64,000 nt of DNA from Macrostomum hystrix (Eukaryota; Animalia; Platyhelminthes): positions 558,001-622,000 of the forward strand of contig CATNEN010000025.1 of the NCBI GenBank assembly GCA_950097015.1, read 5' to 3'. The notes under the pieces were generated by a model. The model did not search any database, was not told the origin of the DNA, and worked only from the letters and a program-made list of their open reading frames with translations. Position 1 is the stretch's first letter. Each line of letters begins with the position of its first letter. Shown here one piece after another: positions 35,483 through 48,280 of the stretch. A program made the position numbers and the translations under genes.

Positions 35483-36566
35483 CGTAGGAACTATATACAG
35501 TTGGTAGTCTAGAAAAAGTATGGGGGAATGTAACAGCTTTTCAAATTCAAATTAAAAATTGAATTTTTCGAAAGGTATATATTCCGAAAATAAGAATGCT
35601 TCTATCGAATCCCAGTGTGAAAATCAACTCTCGCTAGACAATGGCGCATCTGAAGCCGTATTTTATTTGTGATTTATCCATTTGAATGCGATTTACATAA
35701 TCGGGTTTAATAATGGCAGCCTTGATGATGGCGGACAATGCAGTCAGCTAAGCTGGACTGTATGCTCGGCTTCAAAACGATGAGATCACTGTTGCGCGCC
35801 TCACTGACTGCGCAAAGGCCCAGTTGAAAAGGAATTGGCAATTTCTCTTTAGATTTTTTAAATCTATTTTGCTCCAGGATTTTCTCTGCCAAAAATTGCA
35901 GCGCCTAAAAAAACAAAACTCAATAAATAGATGCTGGAGTGCCGACAAAGCATTATGATGCTCAATACAATGGGCCATTGTCTTAACACTGCCTTCTCAG
36001 GTCTACCCCAGAACGTCTGTGGATGCCGCATTGCCAGTGACTGACAGCAGCCTAGCCGTCCTCCCCAATGGTATCTGAAAGGAGCCAACTGTTTTATTGT
36101 CTTTAAAAGATGAAATCCGTCAGCATGCAATGCGCCAAAAGACTTCCCCCCTGTGTGTGTCTTCTACACAAAAAACTAGATTTGCTGCCAGCAAAGATGG
36201 CAGCAGCATTTTTGGGGCTCGGCCATTTTTCAGTCTCTTTTTTGGGAAAACCATTTGCCTAAACAAAGAGTCCATAACAGAAAGCCTGTAAGCCTATTGT
36301 GATCGAAGTAGTAATTCGCCAAACCCGGTATTGCATCTTTCTATTGTAGAATCTGCAGCATTGAAAACATTTAGGAAAAATTGTATTCTCAAAAATAACA
36401 ATTTGCATTGCTCGTTTGAGTTCGGTTCAGGTAGAAACTGCTTTCTAGGAAACTTTTGCTGAGCTTAGTGTGCATGGGACACAGTCAATGTCATGTCGTA
36501 TATTATTGTCGTATATTATCAATATATCTTGCTTTGTCCCAAATATATCTCCCATAATCGACTCAC

Positions 36567-37168
36567 CAAACCTCCCAGCTATCAAACCTCCCGGCTATCA
36601 AACCTCCCAGCTATCAAACCTCCCAGCTATCAAACCTCCCGGCTATCAAACCTCCCAGCTATCAAACCTCCCAGCTATCAAACCTCCCAGCTATCAAACC
36701 TCCCGGCTATCAAACCTCCCGGCTATCAAACCTACCAGCTATCAAACCTCCCAGCTATCAAACCTACCAGCTATCAAACCTCCCAGCTATCAAACCTCCC
36801 AGCTATCAAACCTCCCGGCTATCAAACCTACCAGCTATCAAACCTCCCAGCTATCAAACCTACCAGCTATCAAACCTCCCGGCTATCAAACCTACCAGCT
36901 ATCAAACCTACCAGCTATCAAACCTCCCAGCTATCAAACCTCCCAGCTATCAAACCTCCCAGCTATCAAACCTACCAGCTATCAAACCTACCTGCTATCA
37001 AACCTACCAGCTATCAAACCTACCAGCTATCAAACCTCCCAGCTATCAAACCTACCAGCTATCATACCTACCAGCTATCATACCTACCAGCTATCAAACC
37101 TCCCAGCTATCAAACCTCCAAGCTATCAAACCTCCAAGCTATCAAACCTCCCAGCTATCAAACCTACC
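36567..37168. repeat. 16-bp minisatellite (AAACCTCCCAGCTATC)n
   Basis: Direct reading. Confidence 0.97.
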
Positions 37169-37344
37169 ATACAGCTAGAAATCTTCAAAATTATATACAT
37201 AAAGGAGTATAAAGGCAGAAAGCTACTTGAAGTAGAAGTAGAATGTGAGAAGTAATATGAGTAGGTCGTACTAAATCGTGAAATTTAGTAGGGGCTGTTA
37301 CTTTCATTTTATTTCGCTTGTTATGTTTTTGTGCCAGCATTTAC

Positions 37345-37548
37345 TCACTGAATACTCACAGTATACTCACAGTATACTCACAGTATACTCACAGTATACT
37401 CACAGTATACTCACAGTATACTCAGTGTATACTCACAGTATACTCACAGTATACTCAGTGTATACTCACAGTATACTCACAGTATACTCACAGTATACTC
37501 ACAGTATACTCACAGTATACTCACAGTATACTCACAGTATACTCACAG
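37345..37548. repeat. 11-bp repeat (TATACTCACAG)n
   Basis: Direct reading. Confidence 0.95.
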
Positions 37549-38264
37549 AGCGCCACTCGAAAATAGCAGTAGATTTCTTATGCAATGCGACTTGAACGAT
37601 TAAAAGATTTTTACACAAAAAACAAGAAGTGAAAATTTTGCAAATATACTGCAAAGTTTATAATCATATCACTTAGACAAAAATCGAAGGACCGCTAGAC
37701 CGATGGATAGGAAACTAGGTTTCTTTAAAAACTCTAGGAGGCTGGATGGCGCCGAAAAAATACTGAGATTTATATTTTACACATTGAAATAGTAAATCGC
37801 CTTTTTAGGAACCAAATTCAAAGCTTTCTTTTTCCATAAGTTACTTAAAATCGGCCTGACAAATAAAAAACTATTAAATACTAAATCGATTTGATCGCTG
37901 ATCAGATACGAGCGTAATGTAGAAAACAAAAGGCTCGTTTCAGAGTGGTTTATTATTTCAGGAGCTGAATGCACTTTTAGGCACAGTGGAGGGTATATTG
38001 AGAAAAAGGTAAAAATAATATGAAACCGATGTTGAGAGAAATAAAACTTTACAGAAATCAATGAATCTATAAAATTAGGAAAGGGTGAGCCTTCAATCAA
38101 ATACAGTAACTAAATTAGTTCAAACAAAGTGAAAATTTCCTATCTTCGCAAAACCAGCCTCCTATTATTTTCTTTAAAAAACCCAGTTTCCGTCTTCGTA
38201 TTTCTAGTGGACCCCGACAAAGATGTGGCAGTATTCGTGTTCTAGTTTCACATTCGGATGAGAA

Positions 38265-39801
38265 CTACAGCGGCTGACGACCGACCAGGTCGCTCCAGCC
38301 CATTAGCAGACCGTAGGAGGCGGCCCATGATCGTTGCATCTCGGCTGCAGCGGCGGCAGCGGCGCCATTGGCCGTTGAGCCAACCGCGACACCGTTGTTG
38401 ATTTCGTTGCAGCCACAGGTGCAGACAGCTGGGCGTAACGGCACGGGCGCCTGCAGCTGCGGTATCGGGGGCAGCGCCGGTGGCGGCGGCGGCGGTGGTG
38501 GCGTCGGCGGCGGCGGCCAACCAATGGCAAATCCGCAGTGCAACGAATGAGCTGACGGTCTCGGCGGGGGTATCGGCGGCGGCAGGCCAAACGACAAGCT
38601 GCAGGCGGGATGAAAAACTACGCCAGATGGCGACAGACCGTGACTTGCTGAGGCTGAAATAGTTCAGGGAATATTTTTAGCTGGCCACCAGTTGTGTACT
38701 GCATGAGTGGCAACAAATAATAAATTTTGTTTTATTGCCTGTTTACGCTTTTAAAGGAACGTTAAAGCACACACCTAGGCCTGTCAAAATCAAACGCAGC
38801 AGGCACCGAAGCGCCACAGACTCGAGACAAAGACAGGCATCTCGCTGGTGCCTAGATGCTCGCAAAAATATCAACTCCCACATTCATTCGTCTGGTTCAC
38901 TTTGGGGATTGGGGTATATTGCGGGGAAGAACAAAGCAAAGCTTGGGACTGAATGGACAAATTATGTGGCGATTGTAAACACAATTTCTTTAGAGCTTGA
39001 CAAGCATCTTTAGATATTAACAAAAGCTTTTGTTGCTTTATAAAAGACTGCCGCCAAATTGAGTCTCATAACAAAGACCATTGTGGTATGGATCAAAGAC
39101 TCGTTTGAAATGACTAAATTCTCACAGAATCCGCTCCTATCTGGAATGCCATTCTCACAGAATCCGCTCCCATCTGGAATGCCATTCTCACAGAATCCGC
39201 TCCCATCTGGAATGCCATTCTCACAGAATCCGCTCCCATCTGGAATGCCATTCTCACAGAATCCGCTCCCATCTGGAATGCCATTCTCACAGAATCCGCT
39301 CCCATCTGGAATGGCATTCTCACAGTATCCGCTCCCATCTGGAATGTCATTCTCACAGAATCCGCCAGCCTTGAATTCAGCGCATCACCAACCTGTCCTC
39401 CTAGCAGACGCCGGAGCCTTTCGCCTCGGCCTGTACTTGTATCCTGGGTGTTCGCGCATGTGCAGATCCCTCAGCCTGCAGGCGGCTTCAATGTAGGGCC
39501 GCTTGGCCGAGTCGGATAGCTGGCGCCAGGCGGCACCCAGTCGCTGGCTAATCTCGGAGTTGTGCATTCTGGGATGCGCAGCCGACATTAGTCGGCGCTG
39601 TGCCCGACTCCACACCATGAAGGCATTCATCGGGCGCTTCACGCGCTCCTGAACAGCGACTCGCTCCGGCTCCTCTACGCCGGCTGGCGGCTGCAGGCGC
39701 AGGAATTTGAAGGCCGAATGATGATCGGTGTCCTCGGACTCGGCCGTATGATCCGCTGCTAGGGATGGCAATGGAATACGGCAATTGGCTAGTGATGACA
39801 T
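38265..39801 (-). CDS. soxB: SoxB-type HMG-box transcription factor, 2 exons
   Basis: Exon 1 39801-39393 carries an uninterrupted HMG box ([20 protein letters not shown]...[11 protein letters not shown]...[11 protein letters not shown]), donor g|GTTGGT. Exon 2 38653-38265 follows the TTTCAG acceptor and is in frame (ASASHGLSP...Pro/Ala-rich tail). Subgroup assignment is by motif recall only. Confidence 0.88.
39112..39365. repeat. 33-bp minisatellite (CATTCTCACAGAATCCGCTCCCATCTGGAATGC)n in the Sox intron
   Basis: About 7-8 units starting about 30 nt from the donor. Confidence 0.95.
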
Positions 39802-40179
39802 GGCTGCAGATCTAGTCTAATTTTGGGAACTGAGTTACTTGGAATTAGAATTAATTAGAACTAGCCTCATTTAGCCTTGAGTTGATATGCTTTTACCAAG
39901 CAGCCCATGCAGCCAATTTTGATTGGCTGGCTCTTTGATGAAATGCCAGCCAATGGGGCGCCATCCGCAACAGTATTTGTAGAATTTTCCCTCCTGGCAA
40001 AATTTCAACTGCAGAGTGTATTTAGTGATCAAGATTCTACAAATTTATGGACACCGGATGCATTAATTTGCATAGAAAAAAACAAAATTGATGCTTTAAA
40101 CCTTCCTTCAAAACATAAACAGTTCAACTATCGTTAAATCATCATTCACTCGCATTCAGGGCAACCAAGCTTCTCTCAG

Positions 40180-41964
40180 TATAGATTCAGATACTCACTC
40201 AGGCTTGATTCAGCCATTCACTCAGGCTTGATTCAGCCATTCACTCAGGCTTGATTCAGCCATTCACTCAGGCTTGATTCAGCCATTCACTCAGGCTTGA
40301 TTCAGCCATTCACTCAGGCTTGATTCAGCCATTCACTCAGACTTGATTCAGCCATTCACTCAGGCTTGATTCAGCCATTCACTCAGGCTTGATTCAGATA
40401 CTCACTCAGGCTTGATTCAGCCACTCACTCAGACTTGATTCAGCCATTCACTCAGGCTTGATTCAGCCATTCACTCAGGCTTGATTCAGATACTCACTCA
40501 GGCTTGATTCAGCCACTCACTCAGACTTGATTCAGCCACTCAATCAGGCTTGATTCAGCCATTCACTCAGGCTTGATTCAGATACTCACTCAGGCTTGAT
40601 TCAGATACTCACTCAGGCTTGATTCAGCCATTCACTCAGGCTTGATTCAGCCATTCACTCAGGCTTGATTCAGCCATTCACTCAGGCTTGATTCAGCCAT
40701 TCACTCAGGCTTGATTCAGCCATTCACTCAGGCTTGATTCAGCCATTCACTCAGGCTTGATTCAGCCATTCACTCAGGCTTGATTCAGCCATTCACTCAG
40801 GCTTGATTCAGCCATTCACTCAGGCTTGATTCAGCCATTCACTCAGGCTTGATTCAGCCATTCACTCAGGCTTGATTCAGCCATTCACTCAGGCTTGATT
40901 CAGCCACTCACTCAGACTTGATTCAGCCATTCACACAGGCTTGATTCAGCCATTCACTCAGGCTTGATTCAGATACTCACTCAGGCTTGATTCAGATACT
41001 CACTCAGGCTTGATTCAGATACTCACTCAGGCTTGATTCAGCCATTCACTCAGGCTTGATTCAGCCACTCACTCAGGCTTGATTCAGCCACTCACTCAAG
41101 CTTGATTTAGCCATTCACTCAGGCTTGATTCAGCCATTCACTCAGGCTTGATTCAGCCACTCACTCAGGCTTGATTCAGCCACTCACTCAGACTTGATTC
41201 AGCCATTCACTCAGGCTTGATTCAGATACTCACTCAGGCTTGATTCAGCCATTCACTCAGGCTTGATTCAGCCATTCACTCAGGCTTGATTCAGCCATTC
41301 ACTCAGGCTTGATTCAGCCATTCACTCAGGCTTGATTCAGCCATTCACTCAGGCTTGATTCAGCCACTCACTCAGACTTGATTCAGCCATTCACACAGGC
41401 TTGATTCAGCCATTCACTCAGGCTTGATTCAGATACTCACTCAGGCTTGATTCAGATACTCACTCAGGCTTGATTCAGATACTCACTCAGGCTTGATTCA
41501 GCCATTCACTCAGGCTTGATTCAGCCACTCACTCAGGCTTGATTCAGCCACTCACTCAAGCTTGATTTAGCCATTCACTCAGGCTTGATTCAGCCATTCA
41601 CTCAGGCTTGATTCAGCCACTCACTCAGGCTTGATTCAGCCACTCACTCAGACTTGATTCAGCCATTCACTCAGGCTTGATTCAGCCACTCATTCAGGCT
41701 TGATTCAGATACTCACTCAGGCTTGATTCAGATACGCACTCAGGCTTGATTCAGCCATTCACTCAGGCTTGATTCAGCCATTCACTCAGGCTTGATTCAG
41801 CCATTCACTCAGGCTTTATTCAGCCATTCACTCAGGCTTGATTCAGCCATTCACTCAGGCTTGATTCAGCCATTCACTCAGGCTTGATTCAGATACTCAC
41901 TCAGGCTTGATTCAGATACTCACTTAGGCTTGATTCAGCCACTCACTAAGGCTTGATTCAGATT
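40180..41964. repeat. 23-bp minisatellite (TCAGGCTTGATTCAGCCATTCAC)n upstream of the Sox gene
   Basis: About 77 units; a 20-unit (460 bp) block is duplicated (rare TCACACAGGC variant at 40931 and 41391). Confidence 0.98.
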
Positions 41965-42469
41965 CTGAATAATGCTTATTTTTGTAGATTTACTTAGCCC
42001 TGATTCAGGCACCTTGCTCATGTTGAATACAATTGTTGCAGCGGTTATAAGCCGTATATAAAAGCAATGTTTCTCTTCCGACAACAGAAGTTAAGCAACT
42101 TTGGGTTTATTCATTACTTTGATGGGTGACCGTCTGGTTGTTTTTGTTATTTGGGATGTGTAAAATATTTAAACATATTACGGCTATTTTGTTTTTATAG
42201 CCGTTTTTATAACCGAGCAAAATGTTTTTATTTCTACTGAGAGTAGCAGAGTTCGTTAAATTTGTAAAAATAAAATCTACTGACAAACTTTGGAACATTC
42301 TAGAATTTTCTATGAAGGAAAATAAGCGGAAAACTCTAGAATGCTCCCGCACACTATATAAACAGACAAGGCTTTCGGAGGCACAAACTAAGGTCAGACA
42401 GACAAACACAAAATCGGCAGATACGCAACACAGTACGCAGAAACAAATAAGCAGCGCGAATTAACGACC

Positions 42470-43324
42470 ATGTCTCTTTGGCTAGCACCGAGCAACGTGT
42501 ATACTCCATTCTCGCACGCACTGCCTCTACTGGCGACTCTGAGCGAGCTCGACCATTTACTGCAGCCTCACCACGACCCGCTTGTCCACCGCCTGAGGAG
42601 CCGCGGCCCAAACAAGCCGCGCCAGTGGACCCGGTCCGTTGATCTACGCGGATTCACTCCCAACGAAGTGACTGTGAAGCGAGAGGAGCAGAAGCTGCGT
42701 GTAGTAGCTCGCCACGAGGATGGAGAAGACGTCACCGAGGTCAAGCGGACGATTGAGGTTCCGCAGGATGTTGAAGTTGAGAAGCTGAGCAGCGGCTTCA
42801 CTCGAGACGGCATTCTGCTGCTGCAGGCCCCATTCAAGCAGTCGGAGGAGATGAAGCAGCAGCAGCGGCAGAGTGAGGCATCAGTTTGGGACGAGCTCCG
42901 CAGCCTGCTGAGGGGCCCGGAGATCAGCGCCGACTCCATGGGCCACGTAGAAGATGTCGAAGGTGGCGCCAAGCGATACCGCGCCGAGCTGTCTGTGCGC
43001 GAGTTCAAGCCGGAAGAGATTCGAGTTCGCCAGCAGGGCGACTGCGTGCTGGTGGAGGCGGAGCACAAGGAGGAGGCTGGTGGTCAGCGGTTGCACAAAC
43101 GGCTGGAGCGAATCTTCCAGCTGCCGGAGGGCACCAAGCTGGAGCAGGTGGTGAGTAAACTCAGTCACGATGGCCGGCTGTGCATTGAGGCGCCGTTTGT
43201 GCCAGTGGCTCCCGCGGAGCCGCCGCAGCTGAGAGAAGTGCCAATCGTGACTGAGCAGCACCCGCCTTCTGTTGAAGCTGCTGCCGCTCCAACAGTAGCC
43301 GGTGACGGAGGATCAACTGCCTGA
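42470..43324 (+). CDS. Small heat-shock protein with two alpha-crystallin domains (flatworm p40/Tsp36 type), intronless
   Basis: Domain 1 VDLRGFTPNEVTV...RTIEVPQDVE...GILLLQAP; domain 2 LSVREFKPEEIRV...RIFQLPEG...DGRLCIEAP; IxI-like motif EVPIV; AATAAA at about 43501. Confidence 0.93.
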   Translation: MSLWLAPSNVYTPFSHALPLLATLSELDHLLQPHHDPLVHRLRSRGPNKPRQWTRSVDLRGFTPNEVTVKREEQKLRVVARHEDGEDVTEVKRTIEVPQDVEVEKLSSGFTRDGILLLQAPFKQSEEMKQQQRQSEASVWDELRSLLRGPEISADSMGHVEDVEGGAKRYRAELSVREFKPEEIRVRQQGDCVLVEAEHKEEAGGQRLHKRLERIFQLPEGTKLEQVVSKLSHDGRLCIEAPFVPVAPAEPPQLREVPIVTEQHPPSVEAAAAPTVAGDGGSTA

Positions 43325-43721
43325 GCACATCATGAATTAATTTAAGGACTTGTGTTACGTGAACTAATATCCTATTTGCATCTGCTACTGTTTATGCATC
43401 ACAACTACATAACCTTCCTTCAGCTTTTCTTTAGTACATCCCACGATCATAATTAATTAGCTAATTAACAGAATTACCCTTTTGCATCGAGTTGCAGTTA
43501 AATAAAATGTACAGTATTCGATTCAATTTAGTTTTTTCTAATTCGTCAGTGATAGCATAACTACAAACTTAATAATTATCTAAATAAAGTTAAACAAGTA
43601 CTATGCAGGCATTATCCGAATGCTAATCCATATACGCTCGTACTATGTCCAATGTTGTTAAAGTTTAAAAACTTGCAATTTTTGTTAAAACTAATTAATA
43701 ACAAATTTTAACACGGGTAGA

Positions 43722-43810
43722 GATGAGACACGGGTAGAGATGACACGGGTAGAGATGAGACACGGGTAGAGATGAGACACGGGTAGAGATCGACAAGTGG
43801 AGATGAGACA
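43722..43810. repeat. Short 17-bp repeat (ACACGGGTAGAGATGAG)n
   Basis: 4-5 units. Confidence 0.85.
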
Positions 43811-44135
43811 GAGGAGAGGTGGGAAACAGAAGATTTATTAAAATATTCAAACTTTTAACATTTCGTGGTTGTCCTACTGGCTCTAGTTAGGCGTTGTTTC
43901 AGGCAGCAAGTAGCGAGTCTGGTAGCTAGACCTGGTAAATCACTTAGTTACAATATGTACAGTTAACATGACAAAACAGCCATATAGCTACTTTAAATAT
44001 AGGCACAAACATCTCCAATAATGTCCATGCATGCGATATTTAGTATAGTTTAGTACTTGGTACTTCAGAAAATTGATGAAAACATCTTGCACATTCAAAG
44101 TCAGGCCTAGTCCAATCGCGCAGCATTTTCTGACA

Positions 44136-44408
44136 TCAGGATGGTGACGATTCTTCTGTTCTCTCTGGTTTCTGCTTTTGTCTCGGCAACAGCAAAGCTT
44201 CATATCGACCCGCCACCAGGCTGTATCGCTGGTTAATTTCAGCCTCCCAAACAGCGAACTCAATGTGCCGACGCCTGCGAGCTTCGGCCGCTTCAACTGC
44301 GCGTCTCCTTGCCGCTGCCAGTTGTGCAGCCGCAGCTTCCGCCTCCTCGTCAGCTTCCTCGCTGCTGCCATTCTCCGGAGCAATTGCCAGCTCAGACTTG
44401 TTGGGCAT
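44136..44408 (-). CDS. Hypothetical 90-aa protein (acidic/Ala-rich N-terminus, helical core)
   Basis: ATG preceded by acceptor-like tttcccgcag; GC-rich coding-like island; protein-like segment HIEFAVWEAEINQRYSLVAGRYEALLLP. No homology recognised. Confidence 0.5.
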   Translation of the reverse strand: MPNKSELAIAPENGSSEEADEEAEAAAAQLAAARRRAVEAAEARRRRHIEFAVWEAEINQRYSLVAGRYEALLLPRQKQKPERTEESSPS

Positions 44409-44553
44409 GGGCTGATTGAGTCAGGCTGCGGGAAATGAAACACTATTTGATAACAGTAGAACGTTTTCCTGAAATCGGCCCTGAATGTTTTTGGCAGGGC
44501 CGATTTGCTAACAGTTGACAGACTAGGCGATGGTGTCCTGTGGTTTGAGCTTT

Positions 44554-44945
44554 GCCTAATATTTAGGCTTGATCAGTGAAATTGGAGAAATTCGCATCAG
44601 TGTGTCCATGGTGGCCTAGTTCCACCACCTGTTGTAGCCCTTGAAGATCCAGCAGTCCGTCTAGATAAAGGTAGGTGACCACCGAAGACGGAGATGATGC
44701 AGCTGCTGATAAATTTTGAAGGCCTGGCAAGGCCGCACTGAGGCGCAGTGCGAATTCGTGTATGGGGTGTATGAAATACACTAGCGCGAATGGGAACAAT
44801 CCGACCTTCAGCTAGAACCATTGAATATCTCGACGGTCTGAAGAGCTGGCGACTTGATTCTTGTTTCAGAAGATGCTCAACAAAAAGTTGGCCCGTGTTC
44901 TTGAGTTTCGTGTGCTTGCGTTGCTCCGTTCGGGTTCAGCACAAA
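44554..44945 (+). mobile_element. Dispersed repeat family A, copy 3
   Basis: Aligns with 15110-15527; begins with the hairpin GCCTAA-TAT-TTAGGC. Confidence 0.85.
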
Positions 44946-45685
44946 GAATTATAAGGGGGGAATTCTCCCCTGTCAATTGTCAATTGTCAATCAAATTTCA
45001 ATTGTCAATCCGCAGAGACTTTGATGCAAGAGTCAGATAGAGTTTATACTGCTCCTCTCCTCCAACATCAGACAGTGGAATGCATGTTATTGCAGATAAT
45101 AATAGGAGAATATTTTCCAACTTACCAAGCTAGCAGATTGATATGTACACAAGATACAGTTATCAAATCTGGTCGAGTCTGTCTATTTGAGCAAGCCTCT
45201 CTTGGAAGGCGCAAGAAAGGAAGTGGCAGCTACTAAATGCGTGGGAAATGTGACCAACTGTCATATACTGTCTGATAGAAATAGGAAGCAGGCTATTATC
45301 CTCTCGATTGATTCAGGCTCTGTGTTCTTCCACTGTTTCCCAATGCGTCTGTTGCTAAGCTGTAGAGGAAAAATGACCAATTTTCCTTCCCCCGCTTACT
45401 GGGCTCACTGCTGTCTATCCTCTATTCTCTTTCTCCATCCCTCTCTTCAATCCCATTCAGTCTACAACAGTGTACACAGTAATTTCGGGGGTCACTTTTG
45501 TCATAACTGTTCACTGTTATTTTTTCAACAGCTTTTTTCATTCTCTTTCCTTCCGCTCTTGCCTTAGCATAGCGGTTGGTTAAACTGATTTTCTAAGGAA
45601 GGACTAACTGGTTGGAGAATGCAATGCAACTAGAACAGAAACTGTCATTTATTGCTAGCTGTTTTAAGAACAATACTGTGTTCAA

Positions 45686-46443
45686 TCAGACATCAGATTG
45701 TAGCTGCCATTCTTCCAGATCCTCAGATTCTGGCTGCCATTCTCCCAGATCCTCAGATTGTGGCTGCCATTCTCCCAGATCCTCAGATTGTAGCTGCCAT
45801 TCTCCCAGATCCTCAGATTGTGGCTGCCATTCTCCCAGATCCTCAGATTGTGGCTGCCATTCTCCCAGATCCTCAGATTGTGGCTGCCATTCTCCCAGAT
45901 CCTCAGATTGTGGCTGCCATTCTCCCAGATCCTCAGATTGTGGCTGCCATTCTCCCAGATCCTCAGATTGTGGCTGCCATTCTCCCAGATCCTCAGATTG
46001 TGGCTGCAACTCTCCCAGACCCTCAGATTGTGGCTGCAACTCTTCCAGATCCTCAGATTGTGGCTGCAACTCTTCCAGATCCTCAGATTGTGGCTGCAAC
46101 TCTTCCAGATCCTCAGATTGTGGCTGCAACTCTTCCAGATCCTCAGATTGTGGCTGCAACTCTCCCAGATCCTCAGATTGTGGCTGCAACTCTTCCAGAT
46201 CCTCAGATTGTGGCTGCAACTCTTCCAGATCCTCAGATTGTGGCTGCAACTCTCCCAGATCCTCAGATTGTGTCGCGATTCTCCCAGATCCTCAGATTGT
46301 GTCGCAATTCTTCCAGATCCTCAGATTGTGGCTGCAACTCTCCCAGACCCTCAGATTGTGGCTGCAACTCTCCCAGACCCTCAGATTGTGGCTGCAACTC
46401 TCCCAGATCCTCAGATTGTGGCCGCCATCCTCCCAGATCCTCA
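45686..46443. repeat. 30-bp minisatellite (CCTCAGATTGTGGCTGCCATTCTCCCAGAT)n
   Basis: About 25 units with a 5'-to-3' switch from GCCATT to GCAACT variants. Confidence 0.97.
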
Positions 46444-46619
46444 GTTTTTAAGCTGCCCTTAGTAGTGACTTTATTACTATACGAAATAATAACTGCTATA
46501 ACAGGTATTGTAGCACCATTAGTTAATTTCCATTAACATTTTAATAGAATGGCATGGTCCATTCGTATCAATGCACTTTTAAAATCCAAGCTCACCTCAC
46601 TCTGCTTCCAGCCAATCCG

Positions 46620-46799
46620 ATGGAAGCTAGCCAGACTCCTATGCCGGGCGCGGCTCCGCCACCGAAGCTGTGTAAAATCTGCGGCGACTGTTACAAGGAG
46701 AGCGAAATCAAAGCCCAAGAGGTTTTCCACTGTCGAGAGTGCGGTCATCTGATTATGTACACTAAGCACAAACCAACAATTATAGTATTCGATGCTTAA
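46620..46799 (+). CDS. POLR2K: Divergent RNA polymerase I/II/III shared subunit RPB12 (RPABC4)-like, 59 aa
   Basis: MEASQTP...KICGDCYKESEIKAQEVFHCRECGHLIMYTKHKPTIIVFDA* keeps the CxxC...CxxC zinc ribbon and the IMY...VFDA pattern of RPB12 (YICGEC..ENEIK..D.IRCRECGYRIMYKKRT...VFDAR). Confidence 0.8.
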   Translation: MEASQTPMPGAAPPPKLCKICGDCYKESEIKAQEVFHCRECGHLIMYTKHKPTIIVFDA

Positions 46800-48280
46800 T
46801 TAAAATCAGTCTCCTAAACAACATTTTCTGGCTCTGCGTTTTTTATTTTAATCAGCACGTTATTCATTAAAATAATGCATTATTGTATAGTAAGCAACAG
46901 ATTACGATTTTGCAAATAAACTAAGATATTTATTTTATTTTGCAGCACTAAATTGCTGCAGCTTTAAGCGAAGTAGGAGAAGTGGTAATGGTCGCTAGTT
47001 TAATAATCGTACTCGAACATAGTTTTGTATAAATATAGCAAAATACTTGTGCAGGACAATAAAAGAAATATATTTGCTTCTAATTTTTAGTCAAGCTTAT
47101 GCAATCTAGGCTAAATATTTCGTTTTGTATAATGTATTTTGTTTATCTCCTGCTTGCATTGCTAGATACGCCGCGTAAGTTTAACTATATAAAAAGATTT
47201 TTTATTAAAATATTTCTGACAGTTTGCATCAAGGCCGACAATGAAGAAAGCTGACTAAGCTTAAATAAAATATACTCTACTTAAAAATGTTTATGACATG
47301 AGTACAATAGTATGAGGAAGTACTACTTATGTACTTGTCTACTTATGTCAATTGTTCGACGAATTTCGATCGTAACGCACATTTTTCAGTAAAAGTATGT
47401 TGGTTGACAAAGCTAAAGTTTTTGTAATGAATTTTGTTGTTTGCTAGCAAGCTAAGCGTCTTGAGAATGTCTTTCAGGACAATATATTATTTATATATTA
47501 TTGAAATATTATCGATGTGCAATATTATTGACAAACAAAACTTTCATTTCGTCTATTTAAAAAGTTTTTTAATTATGTCGTGTGAATCTATTGACAATAT
47601 TTTTTTACTTGCTTGATCATTCTAGATAGTCTAAAATCCAAGACATCTAGTACTACTACTGTTATAGTAAACTATAACACAATTGTTTTGGACAATAATG
47701 CTTTATAAAGACAACTTTTAAATATAATATTCGAAGAATTTTATTTTAAGAGCTCTATTCTAATAATATTCGGCGCAGCATATTTTGGTTCGGAGTGAAA
47801 AAATAATTTTGTTCAAGTCAGAGTAGAAAAGCAAGTCAGACATACAACAAGAAATTAAAATATAGAGCCTCGATTAACATTTGTTTTAAAAATAAATAGC
47901 TTATTATTTAAGGATATTATTATTATTACTTGTAATAATCTAATGAGTTATTGCACTAGTCTTTTTTGACAGGAGTTTGCTAGGCTTAAGAGAATGAGTA
48001 ACAAATAAGTACAAAATGCGCCCTTAGTTTATATATTTAAGGCTGGGTTTTAACTCTGTTTTATCTATTTTGCTACTGGATACAATCGAATGTATGCAAA
48101 AAACTATATGTCCATAACATATATTTTGCATTTTGTGTACAATACTGCATATATTCTTTTGAAATCGATCAATGAATATATGTGAATTTCTGTCAAAACA
48201 AAAGTTGAACGCTAGTTCCTACTTCATAAGTACTTTTGATTCTTTATTAAAAAATCCCGCAGACCCAGTAAGCCCCGACA

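Noticed and set aside
35041-37595. Repetitive ORFs (GNSGN, YQTSQLSNLPAIKP, ILTVYSQYTHS)
   Set aside because: They coincide exactly with the 90-, 16- and 11-bp arrays.
45612-46536. Cys-rich SSDCGCHSPR ORF resembling a metallothionein or keratin-associated protein
   Set aside because: A 30-bp array is open in four frames at once, including the reverse strand, and starts at non-ATG codons; coding cannot be strictly excluded without RNA data.
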